Part shown: in pieces, positions 17,801-25,104 of the stretch | Layout of the letters: each line of letters begins with the position of its first letter | Numbering within the stretch: the first letter of the stretch is position 1 | DNA from: Planctomycetota bacterium | GTDB lineage: Bacteria; Planctomycetota; UBA1135; UBA2386 | Length of the DNA stretch: 64,000 nucleotides | Assembly: GCA_035649575.1 (NCBI GenBank) | Contig: DASRJH010000167.1 | Coordinates: forward strand, 7,185 to 71,184 | Direction: 5' to 3' | Made by a program: the position numbers and the translations under genes | The notes under the pieces: generated by a model | Databases searched by the model: none | Told to the model about the DNA's origin: nothing | The model's input: the letters and a program-made list of their open reading frames with translations, nothing else

Positions 17801-18600
17801 CACACGAGCAGGTTCGGGCCGGCAGCGAGCGGCAGCACGACCGCGTCCTGGTCATACGCGAACGTGCGCTCGACCTCCCTGCTGCCGACTTCGACGCCGT
17901 TGCAGAAGACGCGGAAGCTGCCGGTGCAGCCGATCTCGAACACGGCCGTCGTAGGGGTCGCGGCGACGATGGCAACGGCCGCGTAGACGAGCGACTGCTC
18001 GTGGGGGTGCACGATGCGCGAGAGCGGCAGCACGTGCGAGCCCGTGAGCGGCGGCAGCCGCCGCCAGCGCACGGCGCGCCGCTTGCCCTTCCACTCGGCT
18101 GCAGCGTCGAAGCCGCGCTCGGGTGGCAGCGCGCTGCGATAGCCGACACCGCGTTCGTTGTCGAACGGGCCGACGAGCCAGTATCGACTCAGGAAACCGA
18201 GTGCTTCGGCGCGGCGGCCGGCGTCTTCGCCGGGACCGGCGGCGATCAAGCCGGCGATGCCGACCCGGTCGCGCAGCAACGGCAGCGCCGTGGCGAGCTT
18301 GCTCTCGCGCAGTGCATCGAGCTGCTGCAGCTGGTCCGGTGAGCTGCGCACGCGCAGGAGGCGCGAAGCTTCGGTGGCCCAGGCTTCGACGCGCGCTGCG
18401 GCGTCCTCGTCGTTGGCCTCGCGGGCGGTGTCGGTCGCCAGGGTCAGCAGCGCTGTGACGGCGCTGCCGGTTTCTCCGGCGGCCTTGTGGCCGAGTGCTT
18501 TGGCTTCGAGCGGCAGCAGTTCCTGCGCGCGGGCCGCTGCGGCGAGCAGCAGGAGGGACAGCAGGGAGCGGCGGATGCGCCCAGTCTTGGCGGGAATCAC
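14836..18600 (-). CDS. Large secreted TPR + transglutaminase-like cysteine protease-fold protein (DUF3857/DUF3858-type architecture)
   Basis: 1254-aa ORF. Signal peptide LLSLLLLAAAARAQ. N-terminal beta-sandwich (YWLVGPFDNERG...), a long helical repeat region, then the transglutaminase core RRHGDCKDKALLLCALLGEIG ... FNHCIAWL ... FLDGT. Confidence 0.84.
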   Translation of the reverse strand: MIPAKTGRIRRSLLSLLLLAAAARAQELLPLEAKALGHKAAGETGSAVTALLTLATDTAREANDEDAAARVEAWATEASRLLRVRSSPDQLQQLDALRESKLATALPLLRDRVGIAGLIAAGPGEDAGRRAEALGFLSRYWLVGPFDNERGVGYRSALPPERGFDAAAEWKGKRRAVRWRRLPPLTGSHVLPLSRIVHPHEQSLVYAAVAIVAATPTTAVFEIGCTGSFRVFCNGVEVGSREVERTFAYDQDAVVLPLAAGPNLLVWKLCHQEGVEWQAAARLRALDGSPLGGVRVSTDVDDLQAAAKTAPVVAEALPLPSLGARTHWQIGKQKGADALRLAWLWRARAADGDLNRRDQAAALCATTELPTLPETHVLMAISRESQVRSAADRDDNDARRSLEQALSLCPDHVEALLRLAKLLRSGSGLFRQARELVDHALRVRPGHAAAVMLRAATWHDEGVSALAEVEVLAAAALPEASPELLRTAADIVDDREPTRALELRARVPAVSATENDVVAAAGLLARTGKADAAIDLLAKTLKGDPFAAKVSEQLAAMHLARAEYPQALAVCETWLEIAPDDSAVMVTASRCCRLLGERSADAGSRQQELLRQALSVEPNRRDDERYLEYLVAAEHGDPQSVITAFYTPYRHDAAALIAADAGPPADAAAAKDPLHWILRQRVVRANGNGTTNTYQHEIVRVLTEQGARQLARYRLPWWQGEQRARLLACAVYRKDGTVQRPALQGASVAMPELRPGDIVAVEGRIDDTGPSFFGDYFGYVHEFEPADGSPVRSNELVVLADPGRNYRTQQSNGAPEPTKTKLEDGTLMFRWHMQDLPRDVPEIRRPSRREFDPIVRITTYRDWDHFASWWWNLIKNQLEVTPAMREKTAQLCEGCTTTGAKIAAIYRFVTTDVRYEAWEFGVHGYKPYSTPVIYERRHGDCKDKALLLCALLGEIGVESHPVLIFADDRRSLDDLELAMVEQFNHCIAWLPAAGDRPEQFLDGTATWHPTDTLPEMDQGAKVLIVDNGRAVMRTVPETTPERNAEREEFQITLQPAGPAQLRVEYRPIGNLAVDLRARLATEPARRNEVVERQLVHTFGKLSLESLDCSPVLDLQAPVQLVAVASLPELGNRTAQGWQLPSTWGEEDLQDLAGEPERRTPLLLGVPRGAVRTVRYVLPPGLHAADLPPAVQRQAPFGSFHMQWRTEGDQVVIERHLAFTASRITTRDYAAFRDFAAAVHAADTQLVLLSKDSHR

Positions 18601-18610
18601 TGACTCGTCT

Positions 18611-19477
18611 TTAACGCACCGGCCCTTCTGACGGCAACTGCGCAGGCGTCGCCGCCTGCGCCGTGCCGATGTCGGGGCTCGACAATTCTTGCCGGTCGAG
18701 GCGCTTGTCCTGGTTGCGGTCGAGCCGCTGCATCAGCGTTGCGGCCCAACGGCCGAGGCTCGGGTCGAGGCGCTGCAGCATGTGGGTGAGCTCGGGCTCG
18801 TCGATCGTGCTGTCGCCGTTCTCGTCGCCGACGACCGCGGGTGCCTCGGCACCTGCGAGCAGACCCGGTGGCAACAAGGTCTGGACCTTGTGCTGCTTGA
18901 ACCAGGGAGCGAGCTCTGGTTCTTCGACGCGGCCCGTGCGGTCGAGATCGAGGCTGCGCAACTGCTGAATGGCTTGGGGGTTCACGAGGCCGATCCGCGC
19001 GAGCTGGTCGATCTCCGCCGGGTCGAGGCCGCCGTTGCGATTGGCGTCGAGCAGCTGCAGGAACACCTGCAGCGGCGTCGGCGCAGTGGCCTTCTGCTGC
19101 TCGGGCGCCTGCTCGACGAGACGGCGACACGGGTCGACGCGGAACGGGGCGCCGCGCTTCACCGTGGCCTGGAACTGGCGATCGAACTCGGGCCAACCGA
19201 CATAGCCATCGCGGTCCTGGTCGAGACGCGCGAATCCGGCGTGGTCCTTCTTGCCGCGCAGCCAATCGAACGCGGCGCTGGCTTCGAAGAAATCGAGACG
19301 ATCGTCGCTGTTGGCGTCACACGACGTGAACAGACTGCGACTCTTCGACTCCGTGTAGGTCTCGGCCGTGGCGCCGGCCGTGCCCGCGTCATCGGCGGTG
19401 GAAGCGCTGCGCGACGTCTGGGCGAGCAGCGTCGCGGTCAGGAACCACAGGGTCGCGAACTTGGTCCAAGGAGACAT
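18611..19477 (-). CDS. Secreted multi-EF-hand calcium-binding protein
   Basis: 288-aa ORF. Signal peptide FATLWFLTATLLAQT. Six DxDxDG-like loops: DANSDDRLDFFE, DQDRDGYVGWPE, DANRNGGLDPAE, DLDRTGRVEEPE, DENGDSTIDEPE, DRNQDKRLDRQE. Confidence 0.8.
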   Translation of the reverse strand: MSPWTKFATLWFLTATLLAQTSRSASTADDAGTAGATAETYTESKSRSLFTSCDANSDDRLDFFEASAAFDWLRGKKDHAGFARLDQDRDGYVGWPEFDRQFQATVKRGAPFRVDPCRRLVEQAPEQQKATAPTPLQVFLQLLDANRNGGLDPAEIDQLARIGLVNPQAIQQLRSLDLDRTGRVEEPELAPWFKQHKVQTLLPPGLLAGAEAPAVVGDENGDSTIDEPELTHMLQRLDPSLGRWAATLMQRLDRNQDKRLDRQELSSPDIGTAQAATPAQLPSEGPVR

Positions 19478-19587
19478 CGTGCCAGGGCAGCAGGCGCTTC
19501 GCGGGTCGGCGCCTCCGACTTTTTCGTCACTCGTTCTGCAGGACTATAGCGCCTCGCCGTCACTTGGGTCGCCGCAGGTCGGAAGCG

Positions 19588-20538
19588 TCAGGGAACGAAC
19601 AGGCAGTCGCGCCCCAGCCGGCGCGCAGGGGCCTCGGTCGCAGAAAAGCCCGTCAGTTCCACGGTGTGGCCGGCGGCACGCAGCGCCGTTGCGAGCTTGC
19701 GGATCGGATCGGACGTGGGCGCCATCACGAGCACAGGGGCTACGCGCAGCAACTCGACGGCTGCTGCAGCGAACTGCACACCCGCTGAGAATCCTCCGCT
19801 CGAGACGATGAGATCGAAACCACTGGGCGCGGCACCGGCCGTCTTGGCGATGGCAAGGGCCTTGGCCACGGTGCGGCCGCTGCAGAGACCGGAGCGCAGG
19901 CGGTGCATGGCCAGCTCACCCTGCTGAGCCCGGGCTTCGGCTTGAAGGCCCTCGAGGTCGACGAGCAGGCCCACGGTCTGTGGTGCCACTGCGGGCGGGG
20001 AGGTGTTGCGTTCGATCGGTCGCACCGGCTCTCGCCCTGTGGACGCGCGCTGGGGGCGGCCTTCGCTGCCTTCGTGACGGGAACGGAACTCCGTGTGTCG
20101 CTCCCTGTGCTGCGTCTCCACTGGTGGTTCGGTTCGACGCTGTGCCGGGTCACGCTGGTGGTCGGCCGGCTCCCGGGGCGGCTGGCTCGGAATCCGCTTC
20201 GGGTCGTCGCGCCAGCGCGACCCCGTCTGTTCGGGACGTTCGTCCCGGTCGCGCCGATCCTGCTCGCGAGCAGGCCGGACCTCGCGCGGGCGTGCGAGAT
20301 GAGCCGGCACCTGCTGCAGCGCGCCTGCTTCCGCGCGCGGTGTTTCCGGAAGCCCGGGAGCGACCGCCCTGGTTGCCTGGCTGGCCGCCTGAAGCGGAGA
20401 CGCCTTCGCCACGGGCTCCTTCGCACCAAGCTCCTTTCTGACTGCGGCCGGCGGCGACGCCGGGCGTTCGTCCTCGGATCCGCGGTGCTTGCCCTTGGGA
20501 CGGTCCTGGTCGAAGACGTCGGCGCCGAAGTCGCTCAT
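19588..20538 (-). CDS. Hypothetical protein: a long Arg/Glu/Pro-rich low-complexity region plus a C-terminal NYN/LabA-like (degenerate) domain
   Basis: ORF 19588..20697, with the start taken at the internal MSDFGADVF. The C-terminus reads VGLLVDLEGL...FDLIVSSGG...PVLVMAPTSDPIRKLATALRAAGHTVELTGF, which loosely follows the NYN layout. Assignment is from memory only. Confidence 0.5.
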   Translation of the reverse strand: MSDFGADVFDQDRPKGKHRGSEDERPASPPAAVRKELGAKEPVAKASPLQAASQATRAVAPGLPETPRAEAGALQQVPAHLARPREVRPAREQDRRDRDERPEQTGSRWRDDPKRIPSQPPREPADHQRDPAQRRTEPPVETQHRERHTEFRSRHEGSEGRPQRASTGREPVRPIERNTSPPAVAPQTVGLLVDLEGLQAEARAQQGELAMHRLRSGLCSGRTVAKALAIAKTAGAAPSGFDLIVSSGGFSAGVQFAAAAVELLRVAPVLVMAPTSDPIRKLATALRAAGHTVELTGFSATEAPARRLGRDCLFVP

Positions 20539-20739
20539 TGCAACCGCCAAGGTTAGCCGACCCCCGCGGGGATGGCCATGGTGCTGGCTTTTTGAGCCAG
20601 GAGGCTTGTTGTGGCGGGGCGTCCACGCTTGCATCAGGCCCCAGTCCCCCTCTCTTTCGAACCCAACGACTGCGAAGATCGCGTGCCGCGCCGTCATTGG
20701 CGCCTCACGACGGGTCGCCGTCTCGACATAGGAACCAGA

Positions 20740-21186
20740 GTGAATCGCCCTCTCCTCACCGTCTCTGCCCTCCTCGCGACCACGTTGGCATCGTGCGGCA
20801 CGCTGAACCGCGCCGGCAAGGACGCCGTGCTCGGCGTCGCCACCCCGTTGCTGATGATCTACGGCGGCGCGACCGACGGCGCGTCATCGGCCAAGAGTGT
20901 GCGCACCGGCATGGATGCCGGTGGCGTGGTCGAGGTGCTCTCCTTCCCCTTCACGTTCACCTACCACGCGTTCGAGCACTTCATGTATGGCGCGATGCAC
21001 ATCATCGACCTCCCGATGTGCCTGTTCTGGGGCGCCGCGGAGTTGAACCCGAACGGGCCAGAGGTCAAGCCGCTCGACATCTACCAGGGCACCTGGTTCG
21101 ACACCTGGGCCGGGAGCGGCAAGAAGACGGGCACCGACCCGCAGACCGGCGAACCTGGTTCGGAGACAGGCCCCGGGTCGAAGTGA
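20740..21186 (+). CDS. Lipoprotein of unknown function
   Basis: In frame with ORF 20611..21186. The GTG at 20740 is preceded by AGGAACCAGA. Lipobox LLATTLASC|G. Confidence 0.6.
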   Translation: MNRPLLTVSALLATTLASCGTLNRAGKDAVLGVATPLLMIYGGATDGASSAKSVRTGMDAGGVVEVLSFPFTFTYHAFEHFMYGAMHIIDLPMCLFWGAAELNPNGPEVKPLDIYQGTWFDTWAGSGKKTGTDPQTGEPGSETGPGSK

Positions 21187-21195
21187 CCTCGCGCC

Positions 21196-22059
21196 TCAGC
21201 GGATCGCGGGTGCGGGCAGTCCGAGCAGTTTCTCCGCGTAGATCGGCAGGCGCGCGACCAGAGCGAGTGCGGCCGCCGGGTCGGTGGCCGCCCTCTCGTT
21301 GACCGTGTCGCGCAGCGTGTTCAACAGGCTGCGATACTGGGATTGCTCGGGGTCGTGCAACAGGGCCTCGAGGTTGGTCTTGAACTTCTCGAGGTAGGGC
21401 TGGGGGTCGCCCGGGAGCTTCGGTGGCTGCCAGTTGGAGAACCAGAGGGCTCGCCGCGCATCGGCTCCGGTCCGCCAACCTCCGAGTTCCGCGCGCAAGA
21501 TGTCCACCGCGTTGGCCTTGTTAACCCAGGAGTAGCCGTTGCCGCCGGAGCGGCGACTGTTCTGTTCGCGGTTCTTCAGCAACTCGCGCAGGCTCGGGAT
21601 CTGCATCTGCGCGAGTCGCCATTCCTCGGCCACCAAGGTGATCGGGTGCAGCGGCGGCAACAGGGCCGGGTTGCCCTGCACTCGCTCTAGCAGGTCGGCA
21701 ACCGGCAGTGGCGCCGAGTTGTTTTCGAACGGGGCGCGCAGCGGCTCGGGGACCTCCTTGGGGTCCACGCGCAACGTCACGTCGACGCCGAGTCGCTTCA
21801 GCTCCGCGAGTCGGGCCACGGCGACCCAGCGATCGAGGTTGGCGGGGCGTTGGTCGGCAGCCACCTTCTCATAAGCAGCAACGGCCTTCTTGATGTCGAG
21901 GTCGAGCACCTCGAAGAGCCAGGCGTCGTGCAGCGTCGGCGACGCGGGCTGGTTGGTGGGATTGGCAGGAACAAGCGCGCGCTCGGGCGGCGGAGTCTGT
22001 GCTCGTGCGTCGCACAGGAAAGCCAGCAGCATCACGCAGCACCAGGGTCGCAGGACCAT
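21196..22059 (-). CDS. Secreted hypothetical protein, last gene of the two-component operon
   Basis: C-terminal 287 codons of ORF 21196..22929, from MVLRPWCCVMLLAFLCDARAQ (signal peptide). Its ATG overlaps the response-regulator stop. Confidence 0.6.
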   Translation of the reverse strand: MVLRPWCCVMLLAFLCDARAQTPPPERALVPANPTNQPASPTLHDAWLFEVLDLDIKKAVAAYEKVAADQRPANLDRWVAVARLAELKRLGVDVTLRVDPKEVPEPLRAPFENNSAPLPVADLLERVQGNPALLPPLHPITLVAEEWRLAQMQIPSLRELLKNREQNSRRSGGNGYSWVNKANAVDILRAELGGWRTGADARRALWFSNWQPPKLPGDPQPYLEKFKTNLEALLHDPEQSQYRSLLNTLRDTVNERAATDPAAALALVARLPIYAEKLLGLPAPAIR

Positions 22060-22799
22060 CACGGTTCCTCCGAAAGCAGCGGGGACTCGAAGCGATAGCC
22101 GAGACCGTGCACGGTGATCACGTGCACGGGGTTCTCGACATCGCGTTCGAGCTTCTTGCGCAGCCGCGCGATGTGGTTGTCGACGGTGCGCGTGGTCGGC
22201 AGGTGTACGTAGCCCCAGACCTTGCGCAACAGATCCTGGCGGCTCACGACCTCGCCGCGATGCTCGATCAACATGCGCAGGATCTCCGCTTCGTAGCGGG
22301 AGAGCTGCGTTTCGGCGCCGTCGCGCACGATCGAGAACCGCTTCCAGTCGACCACGAGGTCCGGGAAGCGCATCACGCCGCCGACGGCATGACGCTCGCC
22401 GACGCCGGCCTTGGCTCCGGCCTGGGTCCGCCGCAGCACGGCCCGGATGCGGGCCGTCAGCTCGGTGAGCCCGAACGGCTTCGTGAGGTAGTCGTCGGCC
22501 CCGAGCTCGAGCCCCTGCACTTTGTCGCGGTCCTGGCCCTTCGCCGAGATGATGATGATCGGCGTCTCGTGCCCCGTCTCGCGCAGGTGACGCAGCACTT
22601 CGAGGCCCGGAATGCCGGGCAACATCAGATCGAGCAGGATCAGCGCCGCGCGACCATCGCGCGCCTTGCGCAGACCCTCGCGGCCGTCGGCGGCCGTCTC
22701 CACCTTGTAGCCCTCGAGCTCGAGGTTGTGCAGCAGGCCGGCGCGCAGGTCGGGCTCGTCTTCGATGACGAGGATGTTCGTGTCGGTCAGGTTGGTCAT
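22059..22799 (-). CDS. OmpR/PhoB-family response regulator
   Basis: MTNLTDTNILVIEDEPDLR...LILLDLMLPG...winged helix TVHGLGYRF. ATGA overlap with the kinase stop. Confidence 0.95.
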   Translation of the reverse strand: MTNLTDTNILVIEDEPDLRAGLLHNLELEGYKVETAADGREGLRKARDGRAALILLDLMLPGIPGLEVLRHLRETGHETPIIIISAKGQDRDKVQGLELGADDYLTKPFGLTELTARIRAVLRRTQAGAKAGVGERHAVGGVMRFPDLVVDWKRFSIVRDGAETQLSRYEAEILRMLIEHRGEVVSRQDLLRKVWGYVHLPTTRTVDNHIARLRKKLERDVENPVHVITVHGLGYRFESPLLSEEP

Positions 22800-24988
22800 G
22801 TTCTCTGGGTCGGGGTCCCTTCGGTCCGTGGGCGTTCGGCGGACGCTCGGGCGGCCTGGGCAGCTCGGTCGGGTGCTGTGACCTTGGGCAAGGAGAGGCG
22901 GAAGACGGTGCCGCCGCCTTCGCGCGCAAGCGCGGTGATGTTGCCGCCGTGCGACGTGACGAAGTGGTGCACGAGGCTCAGACCGAGACCGGCCCCGCGG
23001 ACTTCCCCCGCGTTGCTGGCGCGGTAGAAGCCTTCGAACACGCGGTCGAGCTCCGCGGGCGGGATGCCGCGGCCGTGGTCGCGCACTTCGATGACGACCT
23101 GGTCGGCGCGCGCAAACAGCTCGAGCTCGATCTCCTGTTCGCGGTCGCCCTCGCGCGCGTATTTGGCCGCGTTCTCGAGCAGGTTCACAACAGCGCTCTC
23201 GCACGCGTTGGCGTCGCAGTGCACGAAGATGCCCGGGGGCAGCGTCTCGACGAGGATCGCGCCGCTGGCTTCGAGGTGCGGCGTGTAGGCGTCGCAGACG
23301 CTGCGCAGCAGCGGGCCGAGCTCGATCGTCTGCGGGGAGTAATGGAGCGTGCCGGCCTGTTGTCGCGAGAAGTCGAGGATGCGTTGGATCAGCATCGTCA
23401 ACCGTTCGGACTCGCGCGAGATGATGCCGCCGAACTGCTGGGCTTGCTGGCTGTCGCGGGCCCGGCCCATGCCGAGCGTCTCGCCATACATGCGGATCAA
23501 GGCGAGCGGCGTCTTGAGCTCGTGCGAGACGCGCGACACGAGATTGATCTTGAGCGCCGCGAGCTCCGCCTCGCGCGACACCGAACGCCACGACCACAGA
23601 GCGCCGCCGAGCGCCGTCACGAACAGCGCCACGACGAGCAGCGTGCGCGTGCGCGCCGCCGCTTCGGTCGACGCGATCAGCGCAGGGGCGTCCGCCGGAT
23701 ACGCGAGCAGCTTGAGGCCGTTGGTTTCGGTCGACGGTGGCGCGAACCCGACCGGCGTCGTGGTCGGCGGAGGCACGATCGGGTAATCATCGGGATCGAA
23801 GATCGCGAGCACGAACTCGCGCCCGGTGCCGTGGATCCGGCGGCGGACCGGCTCGAGCATCTGGCCGAGATCGATGTGCAGTCCGACGTCGGTGCACCGA
23901 TCGTGTCTCTCCTTCTCTTCTGGAGTGGCGCTGCGCACGCACAGCAGCGAAGTCACTCCTGCCAGCGAGCTGATCAGGCGCTCGTCCTGGTTGCCGGCCC
24001 TCTCGTCGGGGTTCGGCTGCAGGTTGCGACGCTTGAGCAGCTCGAGCTTCAACGCGAGGTCGTAGTTCTCCGCCACGAAGGCGCGAGTTTGCGTGCGCTG
24101 GCGATTCTCGGCCAGCAGGGTCTCCTCCTCGGCGCGTCCCTCCCCGGTGCCGATCCTGGCGGCGAGCAGGCGGGCGACCGACGACAGCAGGTCGTCCGAG
24201 AGCCACCAACGTTCGCCCTGCGCGATGGCTTGCAGCAGCTTGAGCCGGGCCGCAGTCGTGCCCGTGTCGGCGAGCTTGTACTCGCTCAGCAGCACGAGCG
24301 CCTTCGCGCTGTTGCCGACACCCCTGTTCTGCCGCGCGGGGTCCGCGAGCCGCACCACTTTCTCGAACTCCGCGCGCGCCTCGGCAATCTCGCCGAGCGC
24401 GTTGTGCGCCGTGGCCAGCTCGAAGCGCGCGTGCAGCTCGGCTTCGAGGACTTCGAACCGGAGCCGGTTGTTCTGGGGCGGCGTGCTGGCGGCTTCGAGC
24501 GTCTTGAGGAAGTGGTCGAGCAGGTTGATCGCGTCCCGGTGCTTGCCGTGCAGGAGCAGCAGTTGTGCGGCGTCGACGGCGCCGACGATCGGGCGCTCGG
24601 TGCGCAGCAACGGGAGGCTCATGGTCGCAGACGCCAAGGGTGTGGGCCAGACCAGGTCCACCCTTTCGTCGAGCAGGATGATGTCGCGCAGTGCCGAGAA
24701 CGCCGGCTGATGCCGCAAGGTGAGCGCGGTGAGCGCGGGCCCGCGCTTCGCGAGCATTTCCTCGGAGGCGGTCAGCATCTGCGGCAGCAGCTCCCCGAAT
24801 TCGCGTTCGACCGCGCGGCTGGCACCGCGCAAGAACTCGCTCGCGGCGAGCACGAGTGCCGACTGTGCTTCCTCGCCGCTGCGCCGCAGTTCGCTCTGGC
24901 CGAGCATGGCGAGCACACCGAGCGGCACGAGGAAAGTACAGAGTGCCAGCAGGTGCCGGTGACTGAAGCGCTGGCGCGTAGGCTGCAT
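22796..24988 (-). CDS. Sensor histidine kinase with a large extracytoplasmic helical sensor region
   Basis: 730-aa ORF. Two TM segments flank about 430 aa. H-box SHELKTPLALI, N-box NLLENAAKY, G-boxes DHGRGI and GAGLGLS. Confidence 0.9.
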   Translation of the reverse strand: MQPTRQRFSHRHLLALCTFLVPLGVLAMLGQSELRRSGEEAQSALVLAASEFLRGASRAVEREFGELLPQMLTASEEMLAKRGPALTALTLRHQPAFSALRDIILLDERVDLVWPTPLASATMSLPLLRTERPIVGAVDAAQLLLLHGKHRDAINLLDHFLKTLEAASTPPQNNRLRFEVLEAELHARFELATAHNALGEIAEARAEFEKVVRLADPARQNRGVGNSAKALVLLSEYKLADTGTTAARLKLLQAIAQGERWWLSDDLLSSVARLLAARIGTGEGRAEEETLLAENRQRTQTRAFVAENYDLALKLELLKRRNLQPNPDERAGNQDERLISSLAGVTSLLCVRSATPEEKERHDRCTDVGLHIDLGQMLEPVRRRIHGTGREFVLAIFDPDDYPIVPPPTTTPVGFAPPSTETNGLKLLAYPADAPALIASTEAAARTRTLLVVALFVTALGGALWSWRSVSREAELAALKINLVSRVSHELKTPLALIRMYGETLGMGRARDSQQAQQFGGIISRESERLTMLIQRILDFSRQQAGTLHYSPQTIELGPLLRSVCDAYTPHLEASGAILVETLPPGIFVHCDANACESAVVNLLENAAKYAREGDREQEIELELFARADQVVIEVRDHGRGIPPAELDRVFEGFYRASNAGEVRGAGLGLSLVHHFVTSHGGNITALAREGGGTVFRLSLPKVTAPDRAAQAARASAERPRTEGTPTQRT

Positions 24989-25051
24989 CGATGAACTGCC
25001 GCTCGGAGCCGACCCAGTCTAACGCCGTCCTGCGATGGCGGATAGCAGCCA

Positions 25052-25085
25052 TTGCGGCCATGGCCGCAACCAAGGTCGTGGTTGC
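25052..25085 (-). terminator. Palindromic hairpin cluster between the GH15 stop and the kinase start. Could be a terminator or a protein-binding site; there is no U-tract.
   Basis: TTGCGGCCATGGCCGCAA is a perfect 18-bp palindrome (25052-25069). It overlaps GCAACC-N8-GGTTGC (25066-25085). Confidence 0.3.
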
Positions 25086-25104
25086 AAGCCACGCCCAGGC
25101 GATC

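Noticed and set aside
15256-18342. 1028-aa plus-strand ORF
   Set aside because: It is antisense to the transglutaminase-like gene at 14836-18600. It is Arg/Gly/Ala-rich with no motifs, whereas the minus-strand frame has the GDCKDKA core and a signal peptide.
19505-19524. Plus-strand hairpin GTCGG-CGCCT-CCGAC followed by TTTTT, which resembles an intrinsic terminator
   Set aside because: The stem is only 5 bp. No plus-strand gene ends upstream of it, because both neighbours are on the minus strand. On the minus strand the T-tract is on the wrong side.
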